The notes: a model not told the origin generated them from the sequence alone. 64,000 bases of DNA from Polyangiales bacterium (GCA_964202905.1 CAXNJO010000007.1:165095-229094), one strand, 5' to 3'; counted from the stretch's first letter, positions 1 to 10,089 are shown. Translations and numbers: made by a program.

Positions 1-19
1 CCTTGATACATCGGCCCTG

Positions 20-1583
20 ATGGCCGAAAGCGACGACGACGTGCAGGGGGTGGACGCGCCTGCGCCCCTGCCCGCCGCGCCGGGTGCCGGTGCGCCGCGG
101 CTTCGACCGCGTCCGCGCCGCATCCTCGTCGTCAGCGGCGCGAAGGGCGGGGTCGGCAAGACGGTGTTCGCGACGAACCTCGCGCTCTACCTCGCGACGA
201 TCGGCCGGCAGGTCGTCGTCGTCGACGCGGACGCGGGCGGCGCCAACGCGCACACCTGCCTCGGCGTCGAGCGGCCGCGCACCTCGGCGACGGACGGGCC
301 GCTCGGCCCCGTCGTGGATACGCCCGTGCCGGGCTTGCGCCTGATGCGCGCAGGGCTCGATCGGCCGGCGACCGGCGGCATCCGCACCGTCCGCCGCGCG
401 CGGTTGCTCGAGGGGCTGCGCGCGACGGAGGCCGAGTACCTCGTCGTGGATCTCGGCGCCGGCACCGTGAGCTCCCTGCTCGATCTCACGCTGCACTGCG
501 ACCTCGCGATCTACCTGACGCTCCCCGAGCCGACGGCGATCGAGAACACGTACCGATTCATCCGCGGCGCGTTCGCGCGGCGGCTCCGTTTCGCGGCCCC
601 GTCGCGCGAGGTGCGGCTGGCGCTGCTCGCGCGGCTCAAGGAGCTCGGCGGCGCGCCCGCGCCGCTCGATCTGCTGCGCGATCTCGAGGGGCGTGGCGAT
701 CCACTCGCGGCGCTCGTGCGGCAGGAGATGGCCACGTTCGTGCCGCGCATCGTGCTCAACCAGACCCGCGTGCGCGGCGACCTCGAGCTCGGGGATCACC
801 TGCGGAGCGCGGTGTACCGGCGTTTCGGGCTCGAGATCGATTACCTCGGGCACATCGACTACGACGACACGGTCTGGTCGTGCGTGCGGACGCTGCGCCC
901 GCTGCTCGTCGAGAGCCCGGGGACGAAGGCGAGCAAGAGCATCGAGAAGATCGCGCGGCGCATCCTCGCGCTCGAGTCGAAGGGCCGCGCGCGTCCGCTG
1001 CGGACGGTGCCCGCGGGCTCGCACCACGACCTGCTCGAGGTCGATCGCGGCGCGACGGACGAAGAGATCCGCCGCGCCTACAAGCGCGCGAAGGAGGTCT
1101 TCGCGCTGGACGCGCTCTGTTGCTACGGCCTCTTCGACAAGGCTGAGCTGCTCGCGCTGCGCGTGCGCCTCGACGAGGCCTACGACGTGCTCCTCGACCC
1201 CGCGCGTCGCCGCCCGTACGAGCTCGGCGTCTTCCCCGAGGACGTCGTCCCCGAGCGCGGCGCAGCCCCGACCGACGCGCAGCGCGAGCCGCTGCCGCCG
1301 CGCCCCGAGATCAACCCGGACACCGAGTTCAACGGCGCGCTGCTCCGCGCCGTCCGCGAGTCGCAGGGCGTCGAGTTGAAGGACGTGAGCAGCACGACGA
1401 AGATCGGCGTGCCGCACCTGCGCGCGCTCGAGGACGACGACTTCAGCGCGCTCCCGGCCGTGGTGTACGTGCGGGGCTTTCGTGGCGGAGATCGCGAAGT
1501 TGCTGCACCTCGACGCGCAGCAGGTCAGCCGCACGTACGTGCGGCGCTACCGTCGCTTCCTCGACGGGCGCGCGCGGGGCTGA
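20..1583 (+). CDS. MinD/FleN-like P-loop ATPase fused to a J-like domain and a C-terminal RodZ-type (HTH_25) helix-turn-helix; apparent +1 frameshift at ~1478-1480
   Basis: Deviant Walker A GAKGGVGKT, VDAD and VDLGAG motifs; HDLLEVDRGATDEEIRRAYKR (J-like); GALLRAVRESQGVELKDVSSTTKIGVPHLRALEDDDFSALPAVVYVRGF (HTH_25). Removing one T in 'ggctttcgtg' gives VAEIAKLLHLD...RARG* ending at TGA 1581-1583, 6 nt before maf. Confidence 0.8.
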
Positions 1584-1589
1584 GGCGCG

Positions 1590-2186
1590 ATGCCGACACT
1601 CACCGCGACGCTCGTTCTCGCTTCCTCCTCGCCCCGCCGCCGCGAGCTGCTCGCGACGCTGGGGCTTGCGCACCTCGTCGAGGGCAGCGGCATCCCCGAA
1701 CGGCGCGCGCCCGACGAGGCGCCCGCGTCGTATGCGCGACGGCTCGCAGCGGCGAAGGCGAGCGACGTCGCGCAGCGCTTCGCGGAGGGCGTCGTCGTGC
1801 TCGGCGCGGACACCATTGTCGTCGTGGACGGCGACGTTCTCGAGAAGCCCGTGAGCGCAGGCGACGCCGCGGCGATGATCGCGCGGCTCTCGGGGCGCAC
1901 GCACGAGGTCGTCACCGCGGTCGCGCTCGTGCGCCGTCCGACGGGTGTCGTCGCCGAGTCGCAGACGACGACGCGCGTCACGTTCCGCGCGCTCGGGGAG
2001 GCGGACATCGCGCGCTACGTCGCCTCGGGAGACGGCGACGGGAAGGCGGGCGCGTACGCGGTGCAGGGCCTCGGCGCGGGGCTCGTCACGCGGATCGAGG
2101 GCTCCTACACGAACGTCGTCGGGCTCCCGGCGGCGGAGGTGCTCGCGCTGCTCGCGGACGCCGGCCTGCTCGCGGAGTGGCCGTGA
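1590..2186 (+). CDS. maf: Maf family nucleoside triphosphate pyrophosphatase
   Basis: LVLASSSPRRRELL, GADTIV, LEKP, KAGAYAVQG, IEGSYTNVVGLP motifs. Confidence 0.95.
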   Translation: MPTLTATLVLASSSPRRRELLATLGLAHLVEGSGIPERRAPDEAPASYARRLAAAKASDVAQRFAEGVVVLGADTIVVVDGDVLEKPVSAGDAAAMIARLSGRTHEVVTAVALVRRPTGVVAESQTTTRVTFRALGEADIARYVASGDGDGKAGAYAVQGLGAGLVTRIEGSYTNVVGLPAAEVLALLADAGLLAEWP

Positions 2187-2884
2187 CGGACGCGCCCGAC
2201 GACGCGCAGGTCGCCGAGATCGCCGCCGCGCTCAGGGCCGTGCGCGCGCGCATCGCGTCGGCCTGCGTGGCCGCAGGGCGCGCGCCCGACGCGGTGGAGC
2301 TCGTCGCCGTCTCGAAGACGCAGCCGGTCGCGGCGGTGCGCGCGGCGTACGCGGCGGGGCAGCGCGTGTTCGGCGAGAACTACGTGCAGGAGCTCGTCGC
2401 GAAGGCCGCCGCGTGCGCGGATCTCGGGGACGTGCGCTGGCACTTCGTCGGGCACCTGCAACGCAACAAGGCGCGGGACGTCGCGCGCGTGGGCGCGACC
2501 GTGGAGTCGCTCGACTCCGCGCGGCTCGCGGCGGCGCTTGCCGAGCGTGCCGAGGCCGAAGGGCGCGTGCTCGACGTCTTCGTGCAGGTGAACGTCGCGG
2601 CCGAGCCCCAGAAGAGCGGCTGCGCGCCCGAGGACCTGCCCGCGGTGCTCGACGTGGTCCGCGCGGCGCCGGGGTTGCGGCTCCATGGCCTGATGACCGT
2701 CCCGCCGGCGGACATGGAGCCGCGGTCCGTCTTCGACGCGCTCGCGGCGCTCGCGGCGCGCTGCGGGGTCGCCGGGCTCTCGATGGGGATGAGCGGCGAC
2801 CTCGAGGCCGCCATCGCGGCGGGCGCGACGCATGTGCGCGTCGGGACTGCGATTTTCGGCACACGCCGCGTCGCGCCGCGCTGA
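2183..2884 (+). CDS. yggS: YggS/PLP homeostasis protein
   Basis: GTG overlapping the maf stop (GTGA); AVSKTQP, FGENYVQE, WHFVGHLQRNK, LSMGMSGD, VRVGTAIFG. Confidence 0.95.
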   Translation: MTDAPDDAQVAEIAAALRAVRARIASACVAAGRAPDAVELVAVSKTQPVAAVRAAYAAGQRVFGENYVQELVAKAAACADLGDVRWHFVGHLQRNKARDVARVGATVESLDSARLAAALAERAEAEGRVLDVFVQVNVAAEPQKSGCAPEDLPAVLDVVRAAPGLRLHGLMTVPPADMEPRSVFDALAALAARCGVAGLSMGMSGDLEAAIAAGATHVRVGTAIFGTRRVAPR

Positions 2885-2927
2885 GGTCGAGTGCGCACGG
2901 CGGCGCCGTGCGGCCCGCGCGTGCGCC

Positions 2928-3764
2928 TCAGCGCCCGAGCTTCGCGGCCGTCTGCTCGCCGAGCTCCTGCGCGCGTCGCGTCGCGACCTCGACGGCGTTG
3001 ATGAGCGTCGTGCGCAGGCCGCCGGCCTCGAGCGTGTGCAGCCCGGCTATCGCGGTGCCGCCCGGGGAGGTGACCATGTCCTTGAGGCGGCCGGGGTGCT
3101 CGCCCGTGTCGAGCAGCAGCTTCGCCGAGCCGAGCACGGTCTGCGCGGCGAGGAGCTGCGCGGAGTCGCGGTGGAGGCCGACCTTCACGCCGGCGTCCGA
3201 GAGCGCCTCGATGATCAGGAAGATGTATGCCGGTCCCGAGCCGCTCAGCCCCGTGGCCGCGTCGACGAGCGACTCGTCGAGCTGCACGACCACGCCGACG
3301 CTCGCGAAGATGGCCTTCGTCACGGCGAGGTCGTCGGCCGTCGCGTGGGTGCCCGCGGCGATGGCGGTCGCACCCGCCTCGACGATCGCGGGCGTGTTCG
3401 GCATCGTACGCACGACGCGCGTGCCCGGCGGCAGACGCGCCTCGATCGCGCTCGCGGGCACGCCCGCGGCGATCGAGACGACGAGGCTGCCGGGGCGGAC
3501 GGCCCCCGCGATCTGCGTGAGGAGGCGGTCGAAGACCTGCGGCTTCGTCGCGAGCACGACGACGTCGGCCCACGCGGCGGCGTGCGCGTTGTCCGCGCTC
3601 GTCGCGATGCCGTGCTCACGCTCGAGCTGCGCGAGACGGTCCGCGCGGACGTCGGTGGCGAGGAGCTGCGCGGGCGTGCATGCGCGGGCGCCGAGCAGGC
3701 CCTTGATGAGCGCGCCCGCCATGTTTCCCGCGCCGAGGAACGCGATCTTCTTGCCGAGGGTCAT
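2928..3764 (-). CDS. proC: Pyrroline-5-carboxylate reductase
   Basis: IAFLGAGNMA, VRTMPNTP, SGSGPAY, VTSPGGTAIAG. Confidence 0.95.
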   Translation of the reverse strand: MTLGKKIAFLGAGNMAGALIKGLLGARACTPAQLLATDVRADRLAQLEREHGIATSADNAHAAAWADVVVLATKPQVFDRLLTQIAGAVRPGSLVVSIAAGVPASAIEARLPPGTRVVRTMPNTPAIVEAGATAIAAGTHATADDLAVTKAIFASVGVVVQLDESLVDAATGLSGSGPAYIFLIIEALSDAGVKVGLHRDSAQLLAAQTVLGSAKLLLDTGEHPGRLKDMVTSPGGTAIAGLHTLEAGGLRTTLINAVEVATRRAQELGEQTAAKLGR

Positions 3765-3828
3765 CGTGAGTCGGGACGCTAGCACGCGCCGTCCTGCGTC
3801 GTGCCGCCGCTGCTAGGCTGTGCGCCGC

Positions 3829-5292
3829 ATGCCCCGCCCGTTCGCCGCCTCGCTCGCGCTCGCGTTCTCGCTCGCGCTTCCCGTGCTCGACGCGGCGCCG
3901 CGCGCCCTCGCGAATGGTCGCTTCCCGCAGTCGAGTCAGATCGTCTTCCACCCGCGCGACGCGCGCGTGATCAGCGCGCGGACGACCTTCGGGCTCGTCG
4001 TCACGCACGACGGCGGCGCGACCTGGTCGTGGGTGTGCGAGGAGGCGCTCGAGTTCCGGCGGACCGAGGACCCGCCGATCGCGCGGATGGGCGATGGCTC
4101 GACGCTCGTCTCGCTCTTCGCGGGGTTGCACCGGGGCACGCCCGACGACTGCAGCTTCACGAAGCCGGACGCGACGCTCGGCGCCGCGGTCGTCATCGAC
4201 AACTGCGTCGATCCCTCCAACGTCGACCGCGCCTACGCGCTCACCTCGAGCGGCGGGCGCGAGAACCAGCCCTGGCGCAGCGATGACGACGGCGCGACGT
4301 GGACGCCCGTGGGGGCGCCGTTCGAGGCCTCGATCCTCTTCGAGACCATCGAGGTCGCCCCCTCCGCACCGTCGCGTCTCTACCTCACCGGCGCGGTCCC
4401 GCCGACCTCCACCGCGCCGCGCGCGCCGTTCGTCTTTCGCTCGAGCGACGGCGGTCTCACGTGGGAGCGCTTCGCGTTCGCGCTCGAACTCACGGGCGTG
4501 CAGCGCGACAAGAACATCTTCATTTCGGCGGTCGATCCGGTCGACCCGGACCGCGTCTACCTGCGCGTGTCGGGCGACCCGGACGACCGCCTGCTCGTGA
4601 GCGACGACGGCGGGGCGACGTTTCGCGAGGTGCTCCGCATGCCGCTCCTGCGCGGTTTCGCGCGCTCCGACGACGGCGCGACCGTCTACGCCGGCAGCGA
4701 CGTGCGCGGCCTCCATCGCTCCACGGATCGCGGCGAGACGTTCGCGCCCGTGTCGGGCGGCATCGAGCGCGTGAACTGCCTCGCGCTGCGCGGGGACGAG
4801 CTCTGGGCGTGCGGCAACGACTACGTCGACGGCTTCACGCTGGGGCGCTCGCGCGATCGCGGCGCGACCTTCGAGCCTGTCTTGCGCTTCAAGTTCATCG
4901 CGGGCGTGCCCGAGTGCGCGCCCGACTCGCCGGTGACCGCCTTGTGTGGGCCGCGCTTCCCCGCGCTGCGCGCGATGTTCGACCCGGGCGGCGCCGTCGA
5001 CGCAGGGGTGCCTGCGGATGCGGGAGGCGGTGCGGACGCGGGCGTGATCGACGCGGGCGGTGCGGCGTCGCGCGACGCGGGCCGCGCGGCGGCGGTCGGC
5101 GCGGCGGGCGGATGTTGCTCGGTGGCCGGGCGTGGCGCGCGTGGCCCGGGCGGACTCGTGGTGACGGCCGCGGCGGGCGTGCTCGCGCTCGTGCGTCTGC
5201 GCACGCGGAGGCGCCGTTCGCTGGTTGTTTTCGGGCCGCGCGGGGATGGAAGCGGCGGCGCGCTGGCGCCACGAACGCCCCCACGGCCATGA
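3829..5292 (+). CDS. Secreted BNR/Asp-box beta-propeller protein with MYXO-CTERM-like C-terminal anchor
   Basis: Signal peptide ending ALA-NGRFP; repeated SxDxGxTW/F Asp-boxes; DAG-rich linker then GGCCSVAG...VLALVRLRTRRRR. Confidence 0.8.
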   Translation: MPRPFAASLALAFSLALPVLDAAPRALANGRFPQSSQIVFHPRDARVISARTTFGLVVTHDGGATWSWVCEEALEFRRTEDPPIARMGDGSTLVSLFAGLHRGTPDDCSFTKPDATLGAAVVIDNCVDPSNVDRAYALTSSGGRENQPWRSDDDGATWTPVGAPFEASILFETIEVAPSAPSRLYLTGAVPPTSTAPRAPFVFRSSDGGLTWERFAFALELTGVQRDKNIFISAVDPVDPDRVYLRVSGDPDDRLLVSDDGGATFREVLRMPLLRGFARSDDGATVYAGSDVRGLHRSTDRGETFAPVSGGIERVNCLALRGDELWACGNDYVDGFTLGRSRDRGATFEPVLRFKFIAGVPECAPDSPVTALCGPRFPALRAMFDPGGAVDAGVPADAGGGADAGVIDAGGAASRDAGRAAAVGAAGGCCSVAGRGARGPGGLVVTAAAGVLALVRLRTRRRRSLVVFGPRGDGSGGALAPRTPPRP

Positions 5293-6053
5293 ACATCCCC
5301 GCCTCCGCTTCGCTCCGCGCCGCGCTCCTCGACCATCCGCTCCCGCACTCGCTCCGCACCCCCGAGGCCGTGCGCGGCTTCATGGAGGCGCACGTCTTCG
5401 CGGTGTGGGACTTCATGAGCCTGCTCAAGCGTCTGCAGCGGGACCTCACCGGTCTCGGGCACCCGTGGACGCCGCCTGCGCGCGCCGCGCATGCGCGCCT
5501 GATCAACGAGATCGTGCTCGCCGAGGAGTCCGACGAAGACGGCCTCGGCGGCCACGTCTCGCACTTCGAACTCTACCTCGCTGCGATGGGGCAGTGCGGG
5601 GCCTCGACGGGGGCGATCCGCACGTTCCTCGCGGCGCTCGCGGACGGGGCCCCGCCGGCGCGTGCGCTCGACGCCGCGGGCGTGCCGGCGCACGTCGCGG
5701 CGTTCGTGTCGTTCACGCTGTCGCTCGCCGCGGAGGGCACGACGGAGGAGGTCGCGGCCGCGTTCTTCCATGGCCGCGAGGACATCATCCCCGACATGTT
5801 CCGCGCGCTGCTCGATGCGCTCGACGGCGCGCAGCACCCCTCCGACCGGCTGCGGTACTACCTCTCGCGGCACATCCACCTCGACGGGGATGCGCACGGT
5901 CCCGCGGCGCGCGTGCTCGTCGAGTCGCTCTGCGCGGGCGACCCGGCGCGCGCGGCCCGTGCGGCGGCGGCGGCCGACGCATCGGTGCAGGCGCGGATCC
6001 GGCTTTGGGACGGTGTCGCCGCGTCCCTCGCGCAAGGCGACGCGCGAGCGTGA
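5289..6053 (+). CDS. DUF3050 family heme-oxygenase-like (putative diiron) protein
   Basis: ATG overlaps upstream stop; HVFAVWDFMSLLKRLQ, LINEIVLAEESD, SHFELY, YLSRHIHLDGDAHG. Confidence 0.85.
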   Translation: MNIPASASLRAALLDHPLPHSLRTPEAVRGFMEAHVFAVWDFMSLLKRLQRDLTGLGHPWTPPARAAHARLINEIVLAEESDEDGLGGHVSHFELYLAAMGQCGASTGAIRTFLAALADGAPPARALDAAGVPAHVAAFVSFTLSLAAEGTTEEVAAAFFHGREDIIPDMFRALLDALDGAQHPSDRLRYYLSRHIHLDGDAHGPAARVLVESLCAGDPARAARAAAAADASVQARIRLWDGVAASLAQGDARA

Positions 6054-7466
6054 CGGCGCGCGGGGCGAGGCGGTTCCTGCGCGCGTGCACGTGTCTCGCG
6101 GCGCTGCTTTCGACCGGCCCGCTCGCCGCGTGTCGCGCCGTCGAGAACGCGCCACGCGTCGCCGTGGCGTCCCCGCCCGGTGCGCTTGCGCCTGCGACCG
6201 AGCGGCGCGCGCGTGCGGGCGACGAGGCGCCGACCCACATGCCGCGTGGCGCTATGGTCCGATCGCGCCGCGCCGCTGCCGCAACTCTCCCCCGAGCCGA
6301 TCTCGCCGCCGCTTCTGCCGGCCGGCGACGCCGACGACGTCACGCTCTCCGCGCCTTGGGACACGCTCGTGCCGCGGGTCGCGTGGCCGGAGCCGCGCCT
6401 CGCGAAGAACCTCCGCTACGAGGCGAACAACGAGGCGATCCGCGGCGCGCGGCGCGACGACGGAACCTTCACGCTCACGGGCGCGGAGGTCGCCGCGCGC
6501 TGGCGGGCGCTCGCGCCGCGGACGGCGGGGATCTTCGCGCTGCGCGACGCGCTCTTCTCGCAGCAAGATCACCCCATCGACGGCGCGCCGTATGCCGTGA
6601 TGCTGCCGCCGTCGTGGGTCACCGTCGCGACCGGCGAGGCGCTCGCCGGGCGGTCGCTGCGCGGGCCGTTCTGCGCGCCGCTCGACGACGACGCGGCGTG
6701 GATGGCGCCGCGCACGCTCGAGGACGCGTTCGGCGTGTTTCCCCCGAGCGAGCGGCTCTTCGAGGCCTCACGCGGCGCCGACGCGCTGCGGGCGCAGAAC
6801 GCGCGCCGGACGCTGCTGCAACTCTGCGCCGACGTGCATGCGCTCGCGGAGGCCGCACCGCGGGGGGGAGCGGCCGTCGCGGAGGCCGGAGCCGAGCGCA
6901 TCGCGGCGAGCGACGCGCGCTACTTCGGGGCGGCGCGCGCCCGGATCATCCCGATCGGCGTCGAGCACCCGAATCCCCACGAGATCGCCGACGAGGGCAA
7001 GGGGCTCGAGGTCGCCGGGCGCGCGCTGCCCGCGGCGGCCGTGTCGCTCGCGCGTGCAGCCATCTACCGGCGGCGCCTCCGCGACGGCGACCTCGCCGTG
7101 GAGCGCTATGACCTCGGTGTTCCCGCCGACCGCGCGCGCGCACTCGACGTGCTCGCGACGCTCGTCCCGGCGGGGGAGGGCGGACACACGGTGTGGCTCT
7201 GGTGCAACGGCGGCCTCGACGCGCGCGGCATCGGCGGGCGCCCGCCCGACGCGCACGTACCCGGGTTTCTCGCCGCATTGCGCCGCGATCGCCGCATCGA
7301 CGCCGCGCGCGTGCGGCTGTTCGGCAAGCCGCACGTCGATCTGCGCGCCGAGTCCGACCCCCGCGCGGCGCTCGAGGCGCACGCCTCGCGCCTCGGTGCG
7401 CTCGGCCTCCCGGTCAGCATCAACTGGCGCGCGCCCGCGCTCTGGCGTGCGCTGGCGCTTCCGTGA
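6050..7466 (+). CDS. Hypothetical lipoprotein; apparent +1 frameshift at ~6234-6236
   Basis: GTG overlaps upstream stop; lipobox-like PLAAC; removing one C in 'gacccaca' joins it to the protein-like 6180-7466 frame. Confidence 0.55.
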
Positions 7467-7482
7467 CCGTGCGCTCGCACCC

Positions 7483-8196
7483 TCAGCGCGGGAGCGACAG
7501 GAAGGCGAGCACGTCCGCGAGTTGTGCGTCCGAGAGTCGCTCCATCGAGAAGGGCGGCATCTCGCCGCCAGCCCCGTAGAACTGGCCGTTGCGCACCTTC
7601 TCGATGGTCCGGATCCGCGCGTCGTTGCCATGTTCCAGGATGGTCTCGTCCGGTACGCGCGTGACGTACGACGCGAGGCGGCCCGCGCCCGTGGACGGCG
7701 CGCCGTGGCAGCTTCGACACGCGTCTGCCCAGGTCGACGCGCCCCGCGCCGCGTCGCCGTCGGGCAGGTCGTCTGCGAGGTCGCCGAGCGTGAAGGGCAC
7801 TGCGTCCGCCGGCCCCTCGAGGCTGTCGAGGTAGCTGAGGAGATCGAGCCCGCGCGCGTCGTCGGCGGCGAGCGGCTCGCGCGCCGGCGCGCGCATGAAG
7901 CGGCGCAGGCAGAAGTTGATCGCAGCGCGCAGATCGGGCTCGCCGCCGCCGAAGAAGCTCGGGCGGCCGGTGACGCCTGCGAGCGTACCGCCGACCGGGA
8001 GCCACCCCGCGGGGACCGCGCCCGTCGCGTGGCAGGTCGCGCAGGACATCGCGTTCGACGGCGAGTCCGAGAGACCCGGTTCGGAAAAGAGCGCCTCGCC
8101 GCGCTCTGCGGGGCTCGGGGGCGCGCACGACGCGGTGACGTGCGCCGCCACGACGAGCGCCGCCACGGTGAGCAGCGCGCCTGCGCGAGGAGTCAC
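7483..8196 (-). CDS. Diheme c-type cytochrome lipoprotein, TsdA/SoxA-like
   Basis: Lipobox VTASC; heme motifs CATCH and CRSCH; AINFCLRRFM; C-terminal EMPPF; GTG overlaps upstream stop. Confidence 0.85.
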   Translation of the reverse strand: MTPRAGALLTVAALVVAAHVTASCAPPSPAERGEALFSEPGLSDSPSNAMSCATCHATGAVPAGWLPVGGTLAGVTGRPSFFGGGEPDLRAAINFCLRRFMRAPAREPLAADDARGLDLLSYLDSLEGPADAVPFTLGDLADDLPDGDAARGASTWADACRSCHGAPSTGAGRLASYVTRVPDETILEHGNDARIRTIEKVRNGQFYGAGGEMPPFSMERLSDAQLADVLAFLSLPR

Positions 8197-9401
8197 CCGT
8201 CCGCTCCGTCGACGATGCTGAGGCCGTCGGGGTACACGCCGACCTCGACGACATCGCGCACCTCGAGCGTCGCGGGATCGAGCGTGACGAGTGTCCCCGG
8301 CGAGGCGTGATCGCCCTCGCAGACGAGCACGAGCGCGTCGATCGCGGCGACGTGCGCGACGACGTGCGGGGCGACGCAGACGGCGAGGTCGAAGGTGACG
8401 CTGGCGCGCGTCGTGAGCGTCGCGGTGTCGAGCGCGACGAGCGCGTCGAGCTGCTGGGTCGGCCCGTAGAAGATCGCGCCGTCCGGCGAAAACGCCCCGA
8501 AGAACGCCGCGCCGGGCGTCTCGGCGACCATGCCGGGCACCATCGCCGCGCGCTCGAGGTCGAGCACGCGGAAGCCGCGGCCTTCGGTGAGGCCGACGAA
8601 GGCGCGCGCGCCGTCGGGCGTGAGGGCCATCGCGTACGGGCCGTAGGTCGGCGGCGGTGCGGTCTGCGCCGCGGCCCCGATCGGCACCCGCGCGCGCAGC
8701 ACCGGCGGGTCTGCGGCGACGTCGACGAGCGCGACGGCGTCTTCGCCGTAACACGCGACCGCGAGGAGCCCGCGCTCGGTGACGACCGCGCCGTGTGGGG
8801 CGATGCAGACGGGCAACACCGCCACACGCGTCAGCGCGACGGCGTCGACGACGACGATCGCGGCGCGCGCCTCCTCGAGTGGCCGACCTTCGCGGAGGGT
8901 GTCGAGCGCGCGCTGGAGGTCGAAGTGCGTCGACACGAGGCGCGTCGTGCCCGGGACGCGGAGCAGCTCGCCGAGGTTCGACTCGACGCGCACCCAGCCG
9001 TCCGGCGCGAGGTCGTCGAGGCGGCGCCGCTCGATGTAGCTCGGCAGTGACCCGCCGCCGTGCTCGGCGTGCAATCCAGCGAGGCCGCTCGGCAGGACGT
9101 TGCTCAGCCCGACGAAGAGCGCGTCGAGGTCCGGCGCGGCGACGAGGTGGTGGGGCGCCTCCCGCTGCACCGCGTCGAGGCCGACCGGCACGCGCGCGAG
9201 CCGCGTCATCGTGCGGAGCGACACGACGCTCACCGTGTCCGAGCCGTTGTCGGAGACGTAAGCGAGCGGGCCCGCGCCGCGGATCGGCGTGTGGCCCGTG
9301 GGCCAGGTCGCGGTCGACGCGGCGGGCTCCGCGCAGCCGCCGACGAGCGCACCGAGCAGCGCCAGCGCAGCGGTATGGGCGCGCGTGCGCGGCACGCTCA
9401 C
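8193..9401 (-). CDS. YncE/YVTN-type beta-propeller lipoprotein
   Basis: Lipobox LVGGC; AYVSDNGSDTVSVV, APHH, CIAPHG, GPYAMALTPDG, VGVYPDG repeats. Confidence 0.8.
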   Translation of the reverse strand: MSVPRTRAHTAALALLGALVGGCAEPAASTATWPTGHTPIRGAGPLAYVSDNGSDTVSVVSLRTMTRLARVPVGLDAVQREAPHHLVAAPDLDALFVGLSNVLPSGLAGLHAEHGGGSLPSYIERRRLDDLAPDGWVRVESNLGELLRVPGTTRLVSTHFDLQRALDTLREGRPLEEARAAIVVVDAVALTRVAVLPVCIAPHGAVVTERGLLAVACYGEDAVALVDVAADPPVLRARVPIGAAAQTAPPPTYGPYAMALTPDGARAFVGLTEGRGFRVLDLERAAMVPGMVAETPGAAFFGAFSPDGAIFYGPTQQLDALVALDTATLTTRASVTFDLAVCVAPHVVAHVAAIDALVLVCEGDHASPGTLVTLDPATLEVRDVVEVGVYPDGLSIVDGADG

Positions 9402-10012
9402 TCCGGGCTGAGGAGGATGGGCGGCAGGCGAAACGGCCCCTCCATCACGCGGTTGTCGGCGAGGTAGGCGTGGACGAACGCGAGCGAGATCGGGCCCGTC
9501 GCGCGGTTGAGCGCGGCGAACGCGGTGCCGCCGGGCGTGTAGCTGCGATCCGTCGTGAACACGCGGAGCGGCGCGGCCTCGCCGGGGATCGTGAACACCA
9601 GCCGGTAGACGGTTCCGGTGACGGGCGGCAGGTGCGCGTGCGCGACGGGATGGAGCAGCTCCGAGAGTCCGCGGGCGAGGCGCGCCTTCGCGGGCTCGTC
9701 GTCGCTGCGCGGCTCGACGGGGGTCGAGCGGCGGTGGCGTCCGCCCGCGAGCGAGGAACTCCACGTGAAGGTCGGCGCGGCGCCCGCGCGGGCCCAACGC
9801 GTGGGGGTGAAGGTCCAGCCGGCGGCGGCTGGATCGTCGGTGAGCGGCGCCTCGTCGAGCGCGATCCACGCCTCGTCGGAGGCGCTCCCCTCGAAGAGGA
9901 CATCGGCGAGCCCGGGGGCAACGGCGTCTTCGTGCGCGCAGCCGGGCGAGGCGGCCGTCGCGACGCCGAGCAGCACGAGGGCGAGGGCGGGCAGGGGAGG
10001 GCGGGTTTGCAC
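9398..10012 (-). CDS. Hypothetical lipoprotein
   Basis: GGAGG upstream of GTG; hydrophobic signal plus ASPGC; HPVAHAHLPP segment; stop overlaps next start. Confidence 0.7.
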   Translation of the reverse strand: MQTRPPLPALALVLLGVATAASPGCAHEDAVAPGLADVLFEGSASDEAWIALDEAPLTDDPAAAGWTFTPTRWARAGAAPTFTWSSSLAGGRHRRSTPVEPRSDDEPAKARLARGLSELLHPVAHAHLPPVTGTVYRLVFTIPGEAAPLRVFTTDRSYTPGGTAFAALNRATGPISLAFVHAYLADNRVMEGPFRLPPILLSPE

Positions 10013-10089
10013 GCAGGGCCTCCGGAGGCGGAACGAGCGCCGAGACTAGCACTCTGGCGGGCGCCGGGCCGCGTACTATGAACGTCGCC

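Noticed and set aside
20..2884. 954-aa MinD-YggS fusion ORF in the track
   Set aside because: The middle third is Arg-rich off-frame translation over maf; one extra T at ~1479 explains it, and yggS has its own GTG at 2183.
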